Origin: a virus
Taxonomy: Duplodnaviria > Heunggongvirae > Uroviricota > Caudoviricetes
Strand: one strand, 5' to 3'
Virus record (IMG/VR): IMGVR_UViG_3300012996_000001
Coordinates: 64,001 to 128,000 of that record
Length of the DNA stretch: 64,000 nucleotides
In this document: positions 27,175 through 36,120 of the stretch, in pieces
Layout of the letters: each line of letters starts with the position of its first letter
Numbering within the stretch: position 1 is the stretch's first letter
Position numbers and translations under genes: made by a program
The notes under the pieces: generated by a model
Told to the model about the DNA's origin: nothing
Seen by the model: only the letters and a program-made list of their open reading frames with translations
Databases searched by the model: none

Positions 27175-27477
27175 ATGAAAAAAGACATTTCTGAAATGAC
27201 AGCACAAGAAGCTATCGACTACGTGTGTTTATCCTGCGTTGGTATCTTCAATAGCCGAGACGAGAATGTAGCGCAGAACCAGATTAACAAAATTCGCTCT
27301 ATGCTAGAAGCTCGTTTCCTGAATGAAGACCTCAAGCAGGTCGGTTACCTGATGATCAAAAAAGACGGCACAGGGGTGGCCTATGCCCCAGTAGACTGGG
27401 ATATCCCCGGGTTCGATGTGTTGGGACCTGTCTATGGCAATATTTCCGTACCAAAACCGGAGGTTAAGAATGGCTAA
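27175..27477 (+). CDS. hypothetical protein
   Basis: ORF. Confidence 0.6.
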   Translation: MKKDISEMTAQEAIDYVCLSCVGIFNSRDENVAQNQINKIRSMLEARFLNEDLKQVGYLMIKKDGTGVAYAPVDWDIPGFDVLGPVYGNISVPKPEVKNG

Positions 27478-27641
27478 TGTTGTTAAAGTGGTTAGTCAGC
27501 AAAACTCTATCCCTAAGCTGGTGACAAACGCTAGGTATCAAGTCTTTGTACGTGGGGGGAAGGAGTATATCCTTGACTGGTATGAGGGCTATTTTCCCAT
27601 TGCAGAGGCACACAAGTGTGGGTTAGTCTTGGAGAAAACTG

Positions 27642-27869
27642 ATGGCTAAGAAAATAAAACTTCGGGGATGCCCTTTGTGCGGTGCAAAAGCTAACTGGGC
27701 AAAAGGCGATAAATCCACTCGAATGCTTGATATGGTACAATGTTCAGAGTGCTGTTTGACTTTAGAGGCGGACTATAAGCCTCAGTCAGCGCTTGAGGCT
27801 TGGAATGCCCGGGTTATGGATATGTACATTGAAGATAGGGAAGTTAACATCGAAGGTAAGAATTTATGA
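27642..27869 (+). CDS. Lar-family (restriction alleviation) Zn-finger protein
   Basis: LRGCPLCGA...VQCSEC...ALEAWNAR. Confidence 0.7.
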   Translation: MAKKIKLRGCPLCGAKANWAKGDKSTRMLDMVQCSECCLTLEADYKPQSALEAWNARVMDMYIEDREVNIEGKNL

Positions 27870-28537
27870 GTAAGGTTGTTTGGTCCTTATTCGACGGATC
27901 CGGGTTCATGGGTTATGAATATGCTAAGAATGGTTGGCAAGTGTACTGCTTCAACGCTGACACTGCCGATCACGGGCAGTATGAATTCCGCAAGGAACAC
28001 CCGAATATTCATTACGTGAACTGCTGGATTGATGAAAACTTCGAAGCTTTTGTGGCAAAGGCTGGGCTTCCTAAGCCGAATATTATGTTTGCTTTCCCAA
28101 GCTGCACTTACCTTACGGTTGCCGGGGCGAAGCATTCACGAACTAAATCGGAGTTAATGGAGTCTATCGACAACGCCAAGATGGTTGAGCGTATTGCCAA
28201 TCTGTTCGGTTGCCCTTGGATGGTAGAAAACCCAGTGGGTAAGATGAGTACACTGTGGCGGAAACCAGACTACTACTTCGATCCTTATGAGTATGGCGGC
28301 TATTTGGGCCCTCATGAGGGGTCTTACCACCCAAAAATGCCTTTCATGAACGCCTACACAAAGAAAACTTGCCTGTGGACAGGGAATGGGTTTACTATGC
28401 CTGGCAAACTACCCGTTCCCCATATTGGATGTTTTTGGGGATGGAAATATTTGGGCGGCAAATCGGAGAGGACTAAGCAGTTAAGGTCTCTTACGCCGGA
28501 AGGCTTTGCCCGGGCGGTTTACATTTTTAATCCGTGA
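27866..28537 (+). CDS. phage C5 DNA cytosine methyltransferase (short Dcm-like family)
   Basis: SLFDGSG (motif I), FAFPSCT (motif IV; SC instead of the usual PC), WMVENPVG (motif VI), YTKKTCLW, RSLTPEGFARA. Confidence 0.8.
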   Translation: MSKVVWSLFDGSGFMGYEYAKNGWQVYCFNADTADHGQYEFRKEHPNIHYVNCWIDENFEAFVAKAGLPKPNIMFAFPSCTYLTVAGAKHSRTKSELMESIDNAKMVERIANLFGCPWMVENPVGKMSTLWRKPDYYFDPYEYGGYLGPHEGSYHPKMPFMNAYTKKTCLWTGNGFTMPGKLPVPHIGCFWGWKYLGGKSERTKQLRSLTPEGFARAVYIFNP

Positions 28538-28543
28538 GGTCTT

Positions 28544-28834
28544 ATGGCAAAGAAAAGATCGATGAGCAAGGGGTTGCGTAATCAACTTCAGGCATCTGTG
28601 AGAAAATCCCGGCGTCAGACTCTGTGGCGGATGCAGTATAAAAAGGAAGGGTGTGTCTCTTGTTTTGTTTGCGGGGATCCTATCCTCAAAGAAGAGTATG
28701 CCACCCTTGAGCATATCCAGCCTGTCTCTCTGGGAGGGACTGATGACATGGATAATTTGGCGTTGTCACACAGAAAATGTAATCAGAAAAGGGGCAATGA
28801 CCCTGTAGAAAGGAGAGATAATGAAACAAATTAA
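28544..28834 (+). CDS. HNH endonuclease (McrA-like short form)
   Basis: CFVCG...TLEHIQPVSLGGTDDMDNLALSHRKCNQKRGN. Confidence 0.85.
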   Translation: MAKKRSMSKGLRNQLQASVRKSRRQTLWRMQYKKEGCVSCFVCGDPILKEEYATLEHIQPVSLGGTDDMDNLALSHRKCNQKRGNDPVERRDNETN

Positions 28835-30023
28835 GTTAAGTTTTACAGAGGATTACGTAGGTCACTGGTCTTGGTGGCAAGGTGTCCGTGAACTGATGCA
28901 GAACGCTATCGATACCAAAGACTTTGATATTAAGTTTGAAGATAACCGGATTGTTATTGTTTCTCGTGGCGGAGCGATCCCGGTAAAGGCTTTGCTATTG
29001 GGTGCCACAACTAAAAGAAACGACTCTAGCACTATCGGTAAGTTTGGTGAAGGTATGAAGCTGGGCTTCTTGGTCCTCCTCCGAGAAGGCGCTAAGGTTG
29101 CTATGGAGAATGGTAACGACCTGTGGATTCCTGAGATCGTCCGTGATGAAACAATGGACGCCAATGTCTTAGCCGTCAACATTGCCGAAGATGCGCTCAA
29201 GGGTAGAAACCCTTCTACCGTGACCATTAAGATCGATGGGATTCCATACTATTTTATGGATGAAATCAAGGACAACTATGCCCCGACTACTGAGCGAAAA
29301 GTTGTTATCGAGAACTCGCGAGGTAAGGCTTACACCAAACTTTGGCATGAGGACGATGAAAATCAAGCCGAAGGGGATGATGGAAAGGCAGAGGGCGGTG
29401 CTTGCAATCTGTTTGTAAACGGCCTATTTGTGACCCGGGTGCCGGGCAATTTCAAGTTCGACTATGATTTCAAACCTGAAGCTTTTGTACTTGATCGTGA
29501 CCGAGACTCTGCCAACAGTTATGAAGTTAAGTACGAGGCAAATAAGCTGCTGTCAGAGAGCGACGATATCGACCTTCTGGCGCGTTTAGCCCTTGAGGAG
29601 TACGATGACCTTGCTTTGTTCTCGGAACGCCGTGTGAAGGGCTCTGGAGGCTCATTTTTCAGTTCTTCTCGGAGTAGCTCTGAGCAGGATAGTTTGACGG
29701 CGACTGCTGTGTCTATGTTCTCCAACAAATATGGTGAGGATGCATTCCCCATTGATGAAGGTTGGACTGACGGCAAAAAGCGTGTGGTAACGCAGATGGC
29801 TATCAGTAAAGGAAGGGTCCCGGTTACGGTTAAGAATGCTGTTTACCGGATGGTGCAGAAAAAGTTCAGTGTTGATGCAGAAGTGAAAGAGATCCTGACC
29901 TTTAAGCCTTTGCCTTTCTTGGAGGCTTTCCTTGAAAAGCATAAACGCCGTATCCAGGCGAAGCCGACACGCGAGCTTGAAAGAACCATCCAGATGTTAC
30001 GTATTTCAGAGGGTAAAGAATGA
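28821..30023 (+). CDS. GHKL (HATPase_c-like) ATP-binding protein
   Basis: VRELMQNAID, LLLGATTK, TIGKFGEGMKLG (Bergerat-fold motifs). Confidence 0.8.
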   Translation: MKQIKLSFTEDYVGHWSWWQGVRELMQNAIDTKDFDIKFEDNRIVIVSRGGAIPVKALLLGATTKRNDSSTIGKFGEGMKLGFLVLLREGAKVAMENGNDLWIPEIVRDETMDANVLAVNIAEDALKGRNPSTVTIKIDGIPYYFMDEIKDNYAPTTERKVVIENSRGKAYTKLWHEDDENQAEGDDGKAEGGACNLFVNGLFVTRVPGNFKFDYDFKPEAFVLDRDRDSANSYEVKYEANKLLSESDDIDLLARLALEEYDDLALFSERRVKGSGGSFFSSSRSSSEQDSLTATAVSMFSNKYGEDAFPIDEGWTDGKKRVVTQMAISKGRVPVTVKNAVYRMVQKKFSVDAEVKEILTFKPLPFLEAFLEKHKRRIQAKPTRELERTIQMLRISEGKE

Positions 30024-30289
30024 TGATCACCTATCGCATCAAAGGTTATGAGTATAGTTTTGCACCTACCTGTGGTGTTTTTAACGACTTCGACTTGGAA
30101 GAAGAAAGCGATCTTGAGGAGATTACCAAGCAGGCTTGCGAGGATTTCCGAGACAATAGGGACGGCTGGGAAGTTTGGAAAGAAGGTGACGCAGATGTCG
30201 AGTTATACGATGAAGAGGGTAAGCTGTTATTTTCCTGCGGCGTGGGTTTACAGTACGAACCAACTTATGAAATTTGGGGTGTAAAATGA
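30020..30289 (+). CDS. small acidic hypothetical protein
   Basis: ATGA coupling. Confidence 0.6.
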   Translation: MMITYRIKGYEYSFAPTCGVFNDFDLEEESDLEEITKQACEDFRDNRDGWEVWKEGDADVELYDEEGKLLFSCGVGLQYEPTYEIWGVK

Positions 30290-30633
30290 GTGAACAACGT
30301 ATTACGATTGGTGTTATCGCGAAGCTAGAACACGAGATTGATGACGATTTTAACGAGAGGCTGGAGGATTTAGGGTCTAAGCTTCGCCCCACTTACGGCG
30401 GAGACATGATCGTATTCCGCCACCAAAACGGCCCAAGTTACGAAACAGAGTTGATTTTTGTCGATAAGGAATTTACTGATCTTGTGCTGGGTCGGTTTCG
30501 CAAAGAATTGGAAAAAGCTTCGCTTACGATCAAGCCCGGCACAGAGAAGGTGTTCTTCGATAACTGGTACGATGGCTGTGACCCTCCGCACCTGGATATC
30601 GAGGTCGATGATGTTTACGGGGAGAATGAATAA
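30286..30633 (+). CDS. hypothetical protein
   Basis: WYDGCDPP motif; coupled. Confidence 0.6.
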   Translation: MSEQRITIGVIAKLEHEIDDDFNERLEDLGSKLRPTYGGDMIVFRHQNGPSYETELIFVDKEFTDLVLGRFRKELEKASLTIKPGTEKVFFDNWYDGCDPPHLDIEVDDVYGENE

Positions 30634-30914
30634 TGGCTTTCTATGGGAGTATTGTCTATCAGGACGAACTATATACGATCACAGATGATTGGCGTATGTA
30701 CAGAACGGAGCAGGTAGGTAATCCTGATATACAACACATCGGCCACCTCATTGGTGGGCAACAGGTTTTCCAAAAGAAGTACAAAGGGGATTTCCAAGAG
30801 TGGATCAAGGCTGTGCGTAAACGCGAGTTCAATACTATGCACAGCTACTTGGTCCAAGCCGAGCAGTTGAATGCGATGGCAGAGGCAATACGCTTGGGTA
30901 ACCGTTTCGATTGA
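30633..30914 (+). CDS. hypothetical protein
   Basis: TAATG coupling. Confidence 0.6.
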   Translation: MAFYGSIVYQDELYTITDDWRMYRTEQVGNPDIQHIGHLIGGQQVFQKKYKGDFQEWIKAVRKREFNTMHSYLVQAEQLNAMAEAIRLGNRFD

Positions 30915-30939
30915 CCTTTGTCTAATTTTGGAATACTCT
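30911..30939 (+). promoter_or_regulatory. sigma70-like promoter for DNA polymerase
   Basis: TTGACC-17-TACTCT; the upstream stop TGA lies inside the -35. Confidence 0.6.
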
Positions 30940-30968
30940 GGTAAGTCGTCTTCCGAAAAGGAGAAGGT

Positions 30969-33599
30969 ATGAGAGGGTTGTATATAGGGGATGCTGAGGC
31001 CAACGGTCTGCTTGATGAAGTAGACCAGCTTCACGTAATCCTCTTCAAAGAATACAAGAAGGATAACTGGAATATCTTTCTTGATCCCGAAAGGGAAGGG
31101 TATGACCAGGCACTGAAATTCATTGCCTCCAAGGGTAAAAACTTTAAGATCCGCAAGTTCGAGGAGTTGAACGACTGGTTTAAGACTGAACCCGGATCTA
31201 TCGCAATTCACAACCTGTTCGGCTATGACCTGCGTCTGTTCAAAAAGATGTTGGGAACACAGTACGATATGTTTGCTGATGAAAAGTGCATGGGGACACT
31301 TAACGGGAAGCAGGTCAACCTGTTCGACACTTTATCGATATCCCGTACGCTTTATCCTGATCGTCCGTTGCCTAAGGGTTGTCCGGAGATGGTGAAGAAC
31401 CCTGTCACCAACAAAATGAAGCCTGTTGGTCCGCACGGCTTGGAAGCCTGGGGTATGCGTGTAGCCAACCAGAAAGTGGCTATCGAAGATTGGCGGGGAC
31501 TACCTCTGTGGAAGTATTGTGACCGTATCATTGAAGACGTTATTATTAACGAAATGGTATGGACCGCGCTGATGGAGGAGCAGCGTTGCGACGGTAGACT
31601 TGTCGATGATAAACGTTTCCTGTTCACAGAGGAACGTGACGAAGACAAGATGAAGATGATCAACTGGAAAGATGCTTTACGCCGGGGTATGTTGACTGAC
31701 TACCTTATGGTTGAGCAAGAAATCCAAGGCGTTAGCTTCGACGAAGAAAAAGCTTTGCTTCTTCGTGATCGTATCGACACCATGATGGCAGAGATTGAAG
31801 CCGATGTGGAACCTCACCTGCCCAAAAAGGAGATGTCCAAATCAGCACAACCTAACTTCCCGGCCAAGCCTTTTAAGGACGGGACAGGGGAGATTTCAAA
31901 CCACGGCTGGAACTGGTTACGTAAATTGGGTTATCCTGTGAATGACGAAGCTTTGGAGTTAGTTGAGCCTCCAAAGACCGCATTCAAGAACAACGGCGAG
32001 ATAAGTACCGCCGGGAAGAACTACTGCATCAAACACGGAGTTGAGGATGAGTCTGCAATGGCTGACTTTATCCGGTCTCAGTTGCACAAGAAGAATACGT
32101 TGAAGCCATTATCCGATGAAGATATGGTGAAAGCTATTCAGGACTTGCACAACAAGACCATGCCAGACATCATGATCCCGATGAAGATCAGTAACCAGGA
32201 TGACGTGAAGAAGTTCCTGATTCGAGACGCGGGCTGGAAACCTACGATCTGGCGTACAAAGGATGCAACTAAGGATCAGTTTAAGAAGCAGCGCCCAGAT
32301 AACGAAGTCGACACGCTTGTTCGGGAATATATCGAAAAGCTGGATGAGACCGAGTATCGTGACCTGATTCTTGAGCACTTGGGGATAACTGGCCGGATGT
32401 GGTCAGACAAAGAGAAGATGTTCAAGCTATTGCGTCGTAAGGCGCGTGGCCTGCCAACATCTCCTCAGCTTAAAGATATGAGCGGCCTGTGCCCTAACCT
32501 GGAGAAGGTTGATGGTCATATGGCTAAGCAGATCGTTAAGTGGCTGTCTCTGCGTAACCGACGCTCTGTGCTCGACCCGCTGAAAGAGGACAAGGTCGAT
32601 ACTGGTTGGCTGAACCATCCGCGACTGAAAGTCGATGGTAAACTCCCGGCGCGTTATTCAGGTATCACCAACACCGGACGGCGTAAGCATACCATTGTAG
32701 CTAACGTTCCAAAACCTGACAAGAAGGTTCTGTTAGGGAAGGAAATGCGTGAACTCTACAAGGCATCCGAAGGTAAGTACCAAGTTGGTATTGACGGATC
32801 CAACCTTGAGGGTATGATTGCCGCCTGGGGTGCTTTCCGCTACGATAAGGGTGAATATCTCCGTATCATGCTGACAGAGGATGCTCATGAGCGAAATGCC
32901 CGTGCATATTCTAAGGCAGCAGGTAAAGAGGTTAGTCGTGGCGACGGTAAGCCGATCACGTATGGTATTATGTACGGTGCTCAAGCCGCCAAAGTAGCCT
33001 CGATGCTCGGTATCTCACTCGAAAGGGCACAGGCCGTAATCGACGCATTCTGGGATAGCAACATCGGTTTGAAAGGTCGCCGAGAGGCACTGGAGAAGTT
33101 CTGGGAGCAAACAGGTAAACGCTTTATCTATGGTCTGGACGGACGTAAGATCTATACGCGATCCAAGCACTCACTGCTTAATGCTTATCAGCAGAATGGT
33201 GGTGCGGCGCTGTTCGACCTGGTGGGGATCCTGTTGCACTGGCAGTTGGTTAAGCGTGGTTGGTACGATGAGGGTGTTCGCCGTATCATTTACTACCACG
33301 ATGAATACCAGCTTGAAGTGCCAGAGAAGTTCCGTAAAGTCTGGAAGTTTAAAAAGGAAGAAGAGGCAAAAGCTTTTGTCGAGCAATGCCTGGCAAAAGG
33401 AATGGTTATGGATGGACACTGCGTAAAAGAAGGGAAGTTTAAGTGCGACCCGGATGAAGATGGAGTGTACACCATTATCCACTGCCCGGTAGGCCAGATG
33501 GTAGTTAAATGCGTCGAGCAAGCGACACGCATGATGAAGGCCCCGCTGAAAATAACCGGAGAGTACCTGACGGGTGCTAACTGGGGGGAATGCCACTGA
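30969..33599 (+). CDS. family A DNA polymerase with 3'-5' exonuclease
   Basis: ExoI GDAEANG, ExoII HNLFGYD; motif A GIDGSNLE, motif B RGDGKPITYGIMYG, motif C YHDEYQ. Confidence 0.95.
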   Translation: MRGLYIGDAEANGLLDEVDQLHVILFKEYKKDNWNIFLDPEREGYDQALKFIASKGKNFKIRKFEELNDWFKTEPGSIAIHNLFGYDLRLFKKMLGTQYDMFADEKCMGTLNGKQVNLFDTLSISRTLYPDRPLPKGCPEMVKNPVTNKMKPVGPHGLEAWGMRVANQKVAIEDWRGLPLWKYCDRIIEDVIINEMVWTALMEEQRCDGRLVDDKRFLFTEERDEDKMKMINWKDALRRGMLTDYLMVEQEIQGVSFDEEKALLLRDRIDTMMAEIEADVEPHLPKKEMSKSAQPNFPAKPFKDGTGEISNHGWNWLRKLGYPVNDEALELVEPPKTAFKNNGEISTAGKNYCIKHGVEDESAMADFIRSQLHKKNTLKPLSDEDMVKAIQDLHNKTMPDIMIPMKISNQDDVKKFLIRDAGWKPTIWRTKDATKDQFKKQRPDNEVDTLVREYIEKLDETEYRDLILEHLGITGRMWSDKEKMFKLLRRKARGLPTSPQLKDMSGLCPNLEKVDGHMAKQIVKWLSLRNRRSVLDPLKEDKVDTGWLNHPRLKVDGKLPARYSGITNTGRRKHTIVANVPKPDKKVLLGKEMRELYKASEGKYQVGIDGSNLEGMIAAWGAFRYDKGEYLRIMLTEDAHERNARAYSKAAGKEVSRGDGKPITYGIMYGAQAAKVASMLGISLERAQAVIDAFWDSNIGLKGRREALEKFWEQTGKRFIYGLDGRKIYTRSKHSLLNAYQQNGGAALFDLVGILLHWQLVKRGWYDEGVRRIIYYHDEYQLEVPEKFRKVWKFKKEEEAKAFVEQCLAKGMVMDGHCVKEGKFKCDPDEDGVYTIIHCPVGQMVVKCVEQATRMMKAPLKITGEYLTGANWGECH

Positions 33600-33603
33600 T
33601 CAT

Positions 33604-33630
33604 AAACCGCCTTCGGGCGGTTTTTCTTTT
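33604..33630 (+). terminator. intrinsic terminator (UUCG loop)
   Basis: AAACCGCC-TTCG-GGCGGTTT-TTCTTTT. Confidence 0.88.
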
Positions 33631-33645
33631 TCTGGATAAAAGTAT

Positions 33646-33674
33646 TTGACATCCCTGATCTCCGTGTATAGAAT
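33646..33674 (+). promoter_or_regulatory. strong sigma70-like early promoter
   Basis: TTGACA-17-TAGAAT with A/T-rich upstream tract; AAAGGAG RBS downstream. Confidence 0.8.
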
Positions 33675-33705
33675 TCAATCAACAAAATAAACAAAGGAGA
33701 CAATC

Positions 33706-34035
33706 ATGAGTTATAAAATTCACGAGCAAAAACTTCAGCAGTTTTACAAAGAGATTCTTGAATGGTTTGACGCAGGAACTCCCAAACACCCAGTGTTTCG
33801 TAAAATTTACGGCCTATGTGCTAATCTCGGGGTTTGGCTGGATGCCAATGTGGAAGATTTACAAGAGAATCAGGAAATTTGGGATCAGCAGTCCATACTG
33901 TTTAGAAAACTTTATGGTGATTCTCAATTCCCTTTCGGAGAAGAAGATTATAAATTAGAAAGTAAGGCAAGGAATCACTTTAAAAACGAAAAACGATTAG
34001 CTTTCCTTCGTTCACAAGCAGGAGAACAAAAATGA
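33706..34035 (+). CDS. paralog array member 1 (unknown function)
   Basis: FYKEILEW..G.P.HPVF...GLC.NL..WLD...LYGDSQFPFGEEDY...KNEKRLAFLR. Confidence 0.8.
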   Translation: MSYKIHEQKLQQFYKEILEWFDAGTPKHPVFRKIYGLCANLGVWLDANVEDLQENQEIWDQQSILFRKLYGDSQFPFGEEDYKLESKARNHFKNEKRLAFLRSQAGEQK

Positions 34036-34352
34036 AGATTACTTTACAAGACTTTTATAAAGAAATTCTTGAGTGGGTGGATACAGGCACCCCATTCCAC
34101 CCTGTGTTTCGTAACCGAATGGGTCTCTGTGGTAATTTGAGCCGATGGTTGGATCATAAAAAGCTGGATTACGATGAGGACGCTTTAATTTGGAAGCGCC
34201 AGAACAAACTTTTTAATGATCTCTATGGCGATTCTCAATTCCCTTTTGGAGAGGAGGATTACAAAAAAGATTTCTTCAAAAAGGGCACTCATTACAAAAA
34301 CGAGAGTCGTTTGGCTTTCATCCGCGCACAGGTGGAGGTAGAGGATGATTAA
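34032..34352 (+). CDS. paralog array member 2
   Basis: FYKEILEWVDTGTPFHPVF...GLCGNL..WLD...LYGDSQFPFGEEDY...KNESRLAFIR. Confidence 0.8.
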   Translation: MKITLQDFYKEILEWVDTGTPFHPVFRNRMGLCGNLSRWLDHKKLDYDEDALIWKRQNKLFNDLYGDSQFPFGEEDYKKDFFKKGTHYKNESRLAFIRAQVEVEDD

Positions 34353-34671
34353 TTTAAATAATGCTGTGCTGAAAGAATTTTATTGTGAACTTGAGGAGTG
34401 GATCAATGAGGGTTGCCCGCACCACGAGGTGTTCAACCCTATGCGTGCCTTGTGTTCTACGCTATTACACTGGTCGAGAAACAAACAACACAATTGGAAA
34501 GTGACAAACGTCTTGTACACTCTTCAACAGTATTGGTTTATTAAAGAGTGTGGTATTAACTCACAATACCCTTTCGGGAAGGAGAGTTACAGAGTAGAGG
34601 CTGTAACAACGGGCCATTACACCAACCAAAAACGTCTTAACTTTATCCGCAGCATGATGAGGGTCCTTTAA
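34345..34671 (+). CDS. paralog array member 3
   Basis: FYCELEEWINEGCPHHEVF...ALC..L..W...SQYPFGKESY...YTNQKRLNFIR. Confidence 0.8.
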   Translation: MINLNNAVLKEFYCELEEWINEGCPHHEVFNPMRALCSTLLHWSRNKQHNWKVTNVLYTLQQYWFIKECGINSQYPFGKESYRVEAVTTGHYTNQKRLNFIRSMMRVL

Positions 34672-35018
34672 TGAATGATAGACTGTTAGAAAAGCACCGT
34701 AAGAAATTGAAGAAGTTTTATCAAGAACTTGTTGTGTGGATCGATAAGGGTATGCCTGAACACAAGGTTTTTGCAAAAGACGAGACCCTGTGTCCTACTT
34801 TGCAGCGCTGGTTAGAGAATTTACCTTGGTGGCAAGTTTGTTATTACGATTTAGCTACTATATTTATCCTCCAGAGGGATGAGTTTATAAAATTTTCGGG
34901 CAACCCCTCATTCCCTTTTGGTAATTATGATAATCACTTAAAAGAGATTTATGGTGGGGAAGTGTATCAGAATACTTCCCGTGTTGATTATATTCGCAAG
35001 CAGGCAGGAATGGTGTAA
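34671..35018 (+). CDS. paralog array member 4
   Basis: FYQELVVWIDKGMPEHKVF...TLC..L..WL...PSFPFGNY...YQNTSRVDYIR. Confidence 0.8.
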   Translation: MNDRLLEKHRKKLKKFYQELVVWIDKGMPEHKVFAKDETLCPTLQRWLENLPWWQVCYYDLATIFILQRDEFIKFSGNPSFPFGNYDNHLKEIYGGEVYQNTSRVDYIRKQAGMV

Positions 35019-35174
35019 TGAAACATCGCGATAATAAATCGTTTGACAACTTGCCGGATATCGTTCAGTATCTTGGTAACCCGGAGCGTATCGGGGCAGA
35101 CAATACATGGGTGGCAAAGAACTATTCTTTGGCACAACTGATCAAGGACCTTACAGAGGTGCAGGAGCAATTGA

Positions 35175-35417
35175 ATGAAAATCATTAAACAAATACAAAA
35201 ACAAGTTAATTACTTTGGAATTACCCTATCAGTACCTTCTTGGTCCAATTACTTAGCCACAGACTCTGATGGGGAAGTGTGGGCATTTTGCAACAAGCCG
35301 AAAGCCGAAGGTAAAGACTGGGTTTTATCCAGGGGTATCGAAGCGGAACACGTAGCGAATGTCGATCTGGAAGGTGAAGACTGGAAAAACACTTTAGTGA
35401 AGTACGGAGAAGAATAA
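35175..35417 (+). CDS. conserved small phage protein
   Basis: VNYFGITLSVP...YLATDSDGEVWAF..KP...DWKNTL. Confidence 0.7.
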   Translation: MKIIKQIQKQVNYFGITLSVPSWSNYLATDSDGEVWAFCNKPKAEGKDWVLSRGIEAEHVANVDLEGEDWKNTLVKYGEE

Positions 35418-35824
35418 TGAAGACAATGTATCTCCTCCGGGGTGTTTCCGGGTCAGGCAAATCTACGTTCGCAAAGAGACTGGCATCCCTGACGGGCGGT
35501 TTTCATTGTGAGAACGACACCTACCACACCGATGCTAACGGTGTGTACAAGTATGATATTGCCAACAAGGAGGCGGCTCAGGACTGGTGTTATAGCCAAA
35601 TAGTGGATAAAATGCGCCTTGGTGAAAAAGACGTCATTGTTGCAAATACCAACACCGATAATCTCAGCATCCATAAATATCTTGAAGCGGCCAGAATCTT
35701 CGGGTATACTGTGGTTTCACTGGTTGTTGAGAACAGGCACGGCAATAACTCAATCCACGACGTACCTGAGCGTATCCGGGATACACAAGCGAGTGAAATT
35801 ATCCAAAGCTTAAAACTTAAATAG
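35417..35824 (+). CDS. P-loop kinase-like protein (AAA_33 type)
   Basis: LLRGVSGSGKST...VIVANTN...HDVP. Confidence 0.8.
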   Translation: MKTMYLLRGVSGSGKSTFAKRLASLTGGFHCENDTYHTDANGVYKYDIANKEAAQDWCYSQIVDKMRLGEKDVIVANTNTDNLSIHKYLEAARIFGYTVVSLVVENRHGNNSIHDVPERIRDTQASEIIQSLKLK

Positions 35825-35832
35825 GGGATAAA

Positions 35833-36120
35833 ATGAAAAAAGAATATGATATCCAAAATATCTGCGTAAAAGACAATGATCTCTTTCCAGAGGAAATCAA
35901 TAAAATTGTCCAGTTATGCAACGAGAAGGGCGCTAACTTTTGGAAAGACGGTAAAAGTTACCTGCGTGCGTCAGGAAATGGCTACACTTATCTTGAGAAA
36001 AATAAGGATGGGTGTTGGGACGTCAATGGCTTTAACGGAGGTTCTCTTGGGAAAGAGATCGTTGACGGGGAAACTTGGGTCAGTGTGGCAATGAAAACAT
36101 TGGAGACTCAAAATGACTAA
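35833..36120 (+). CDS. paralog pair member A
   Basis: YDIQNICVKDNDL...LCNEKGANFW...YLEKNKDGCWDVNG. Confidence 0.75.
   Translation: MKKEYDIQNICVKDNDLFPEEINKIVQLCNEKGANFWKDGKSYLRASGNGYTYLEKNKDGCWDVNGFNGGSLGKEIVDGETWVSVAMKTLETQND

Noticed and set aside
30969-33599. Possible intron or intein in DNA polymerase or helicases
   Set aside because: The ORFs are continuous, with no intein splice motifs or group I intron signatures seen.
33911-34265. DNA direct repeats suggesting a CRISPR array or DGR TR/VR pair
   Set aside because: The repeats are coding paralog segments differing at synonymous positions with no adenine-specific bias; no reverse transcriptase or cas gene is present.
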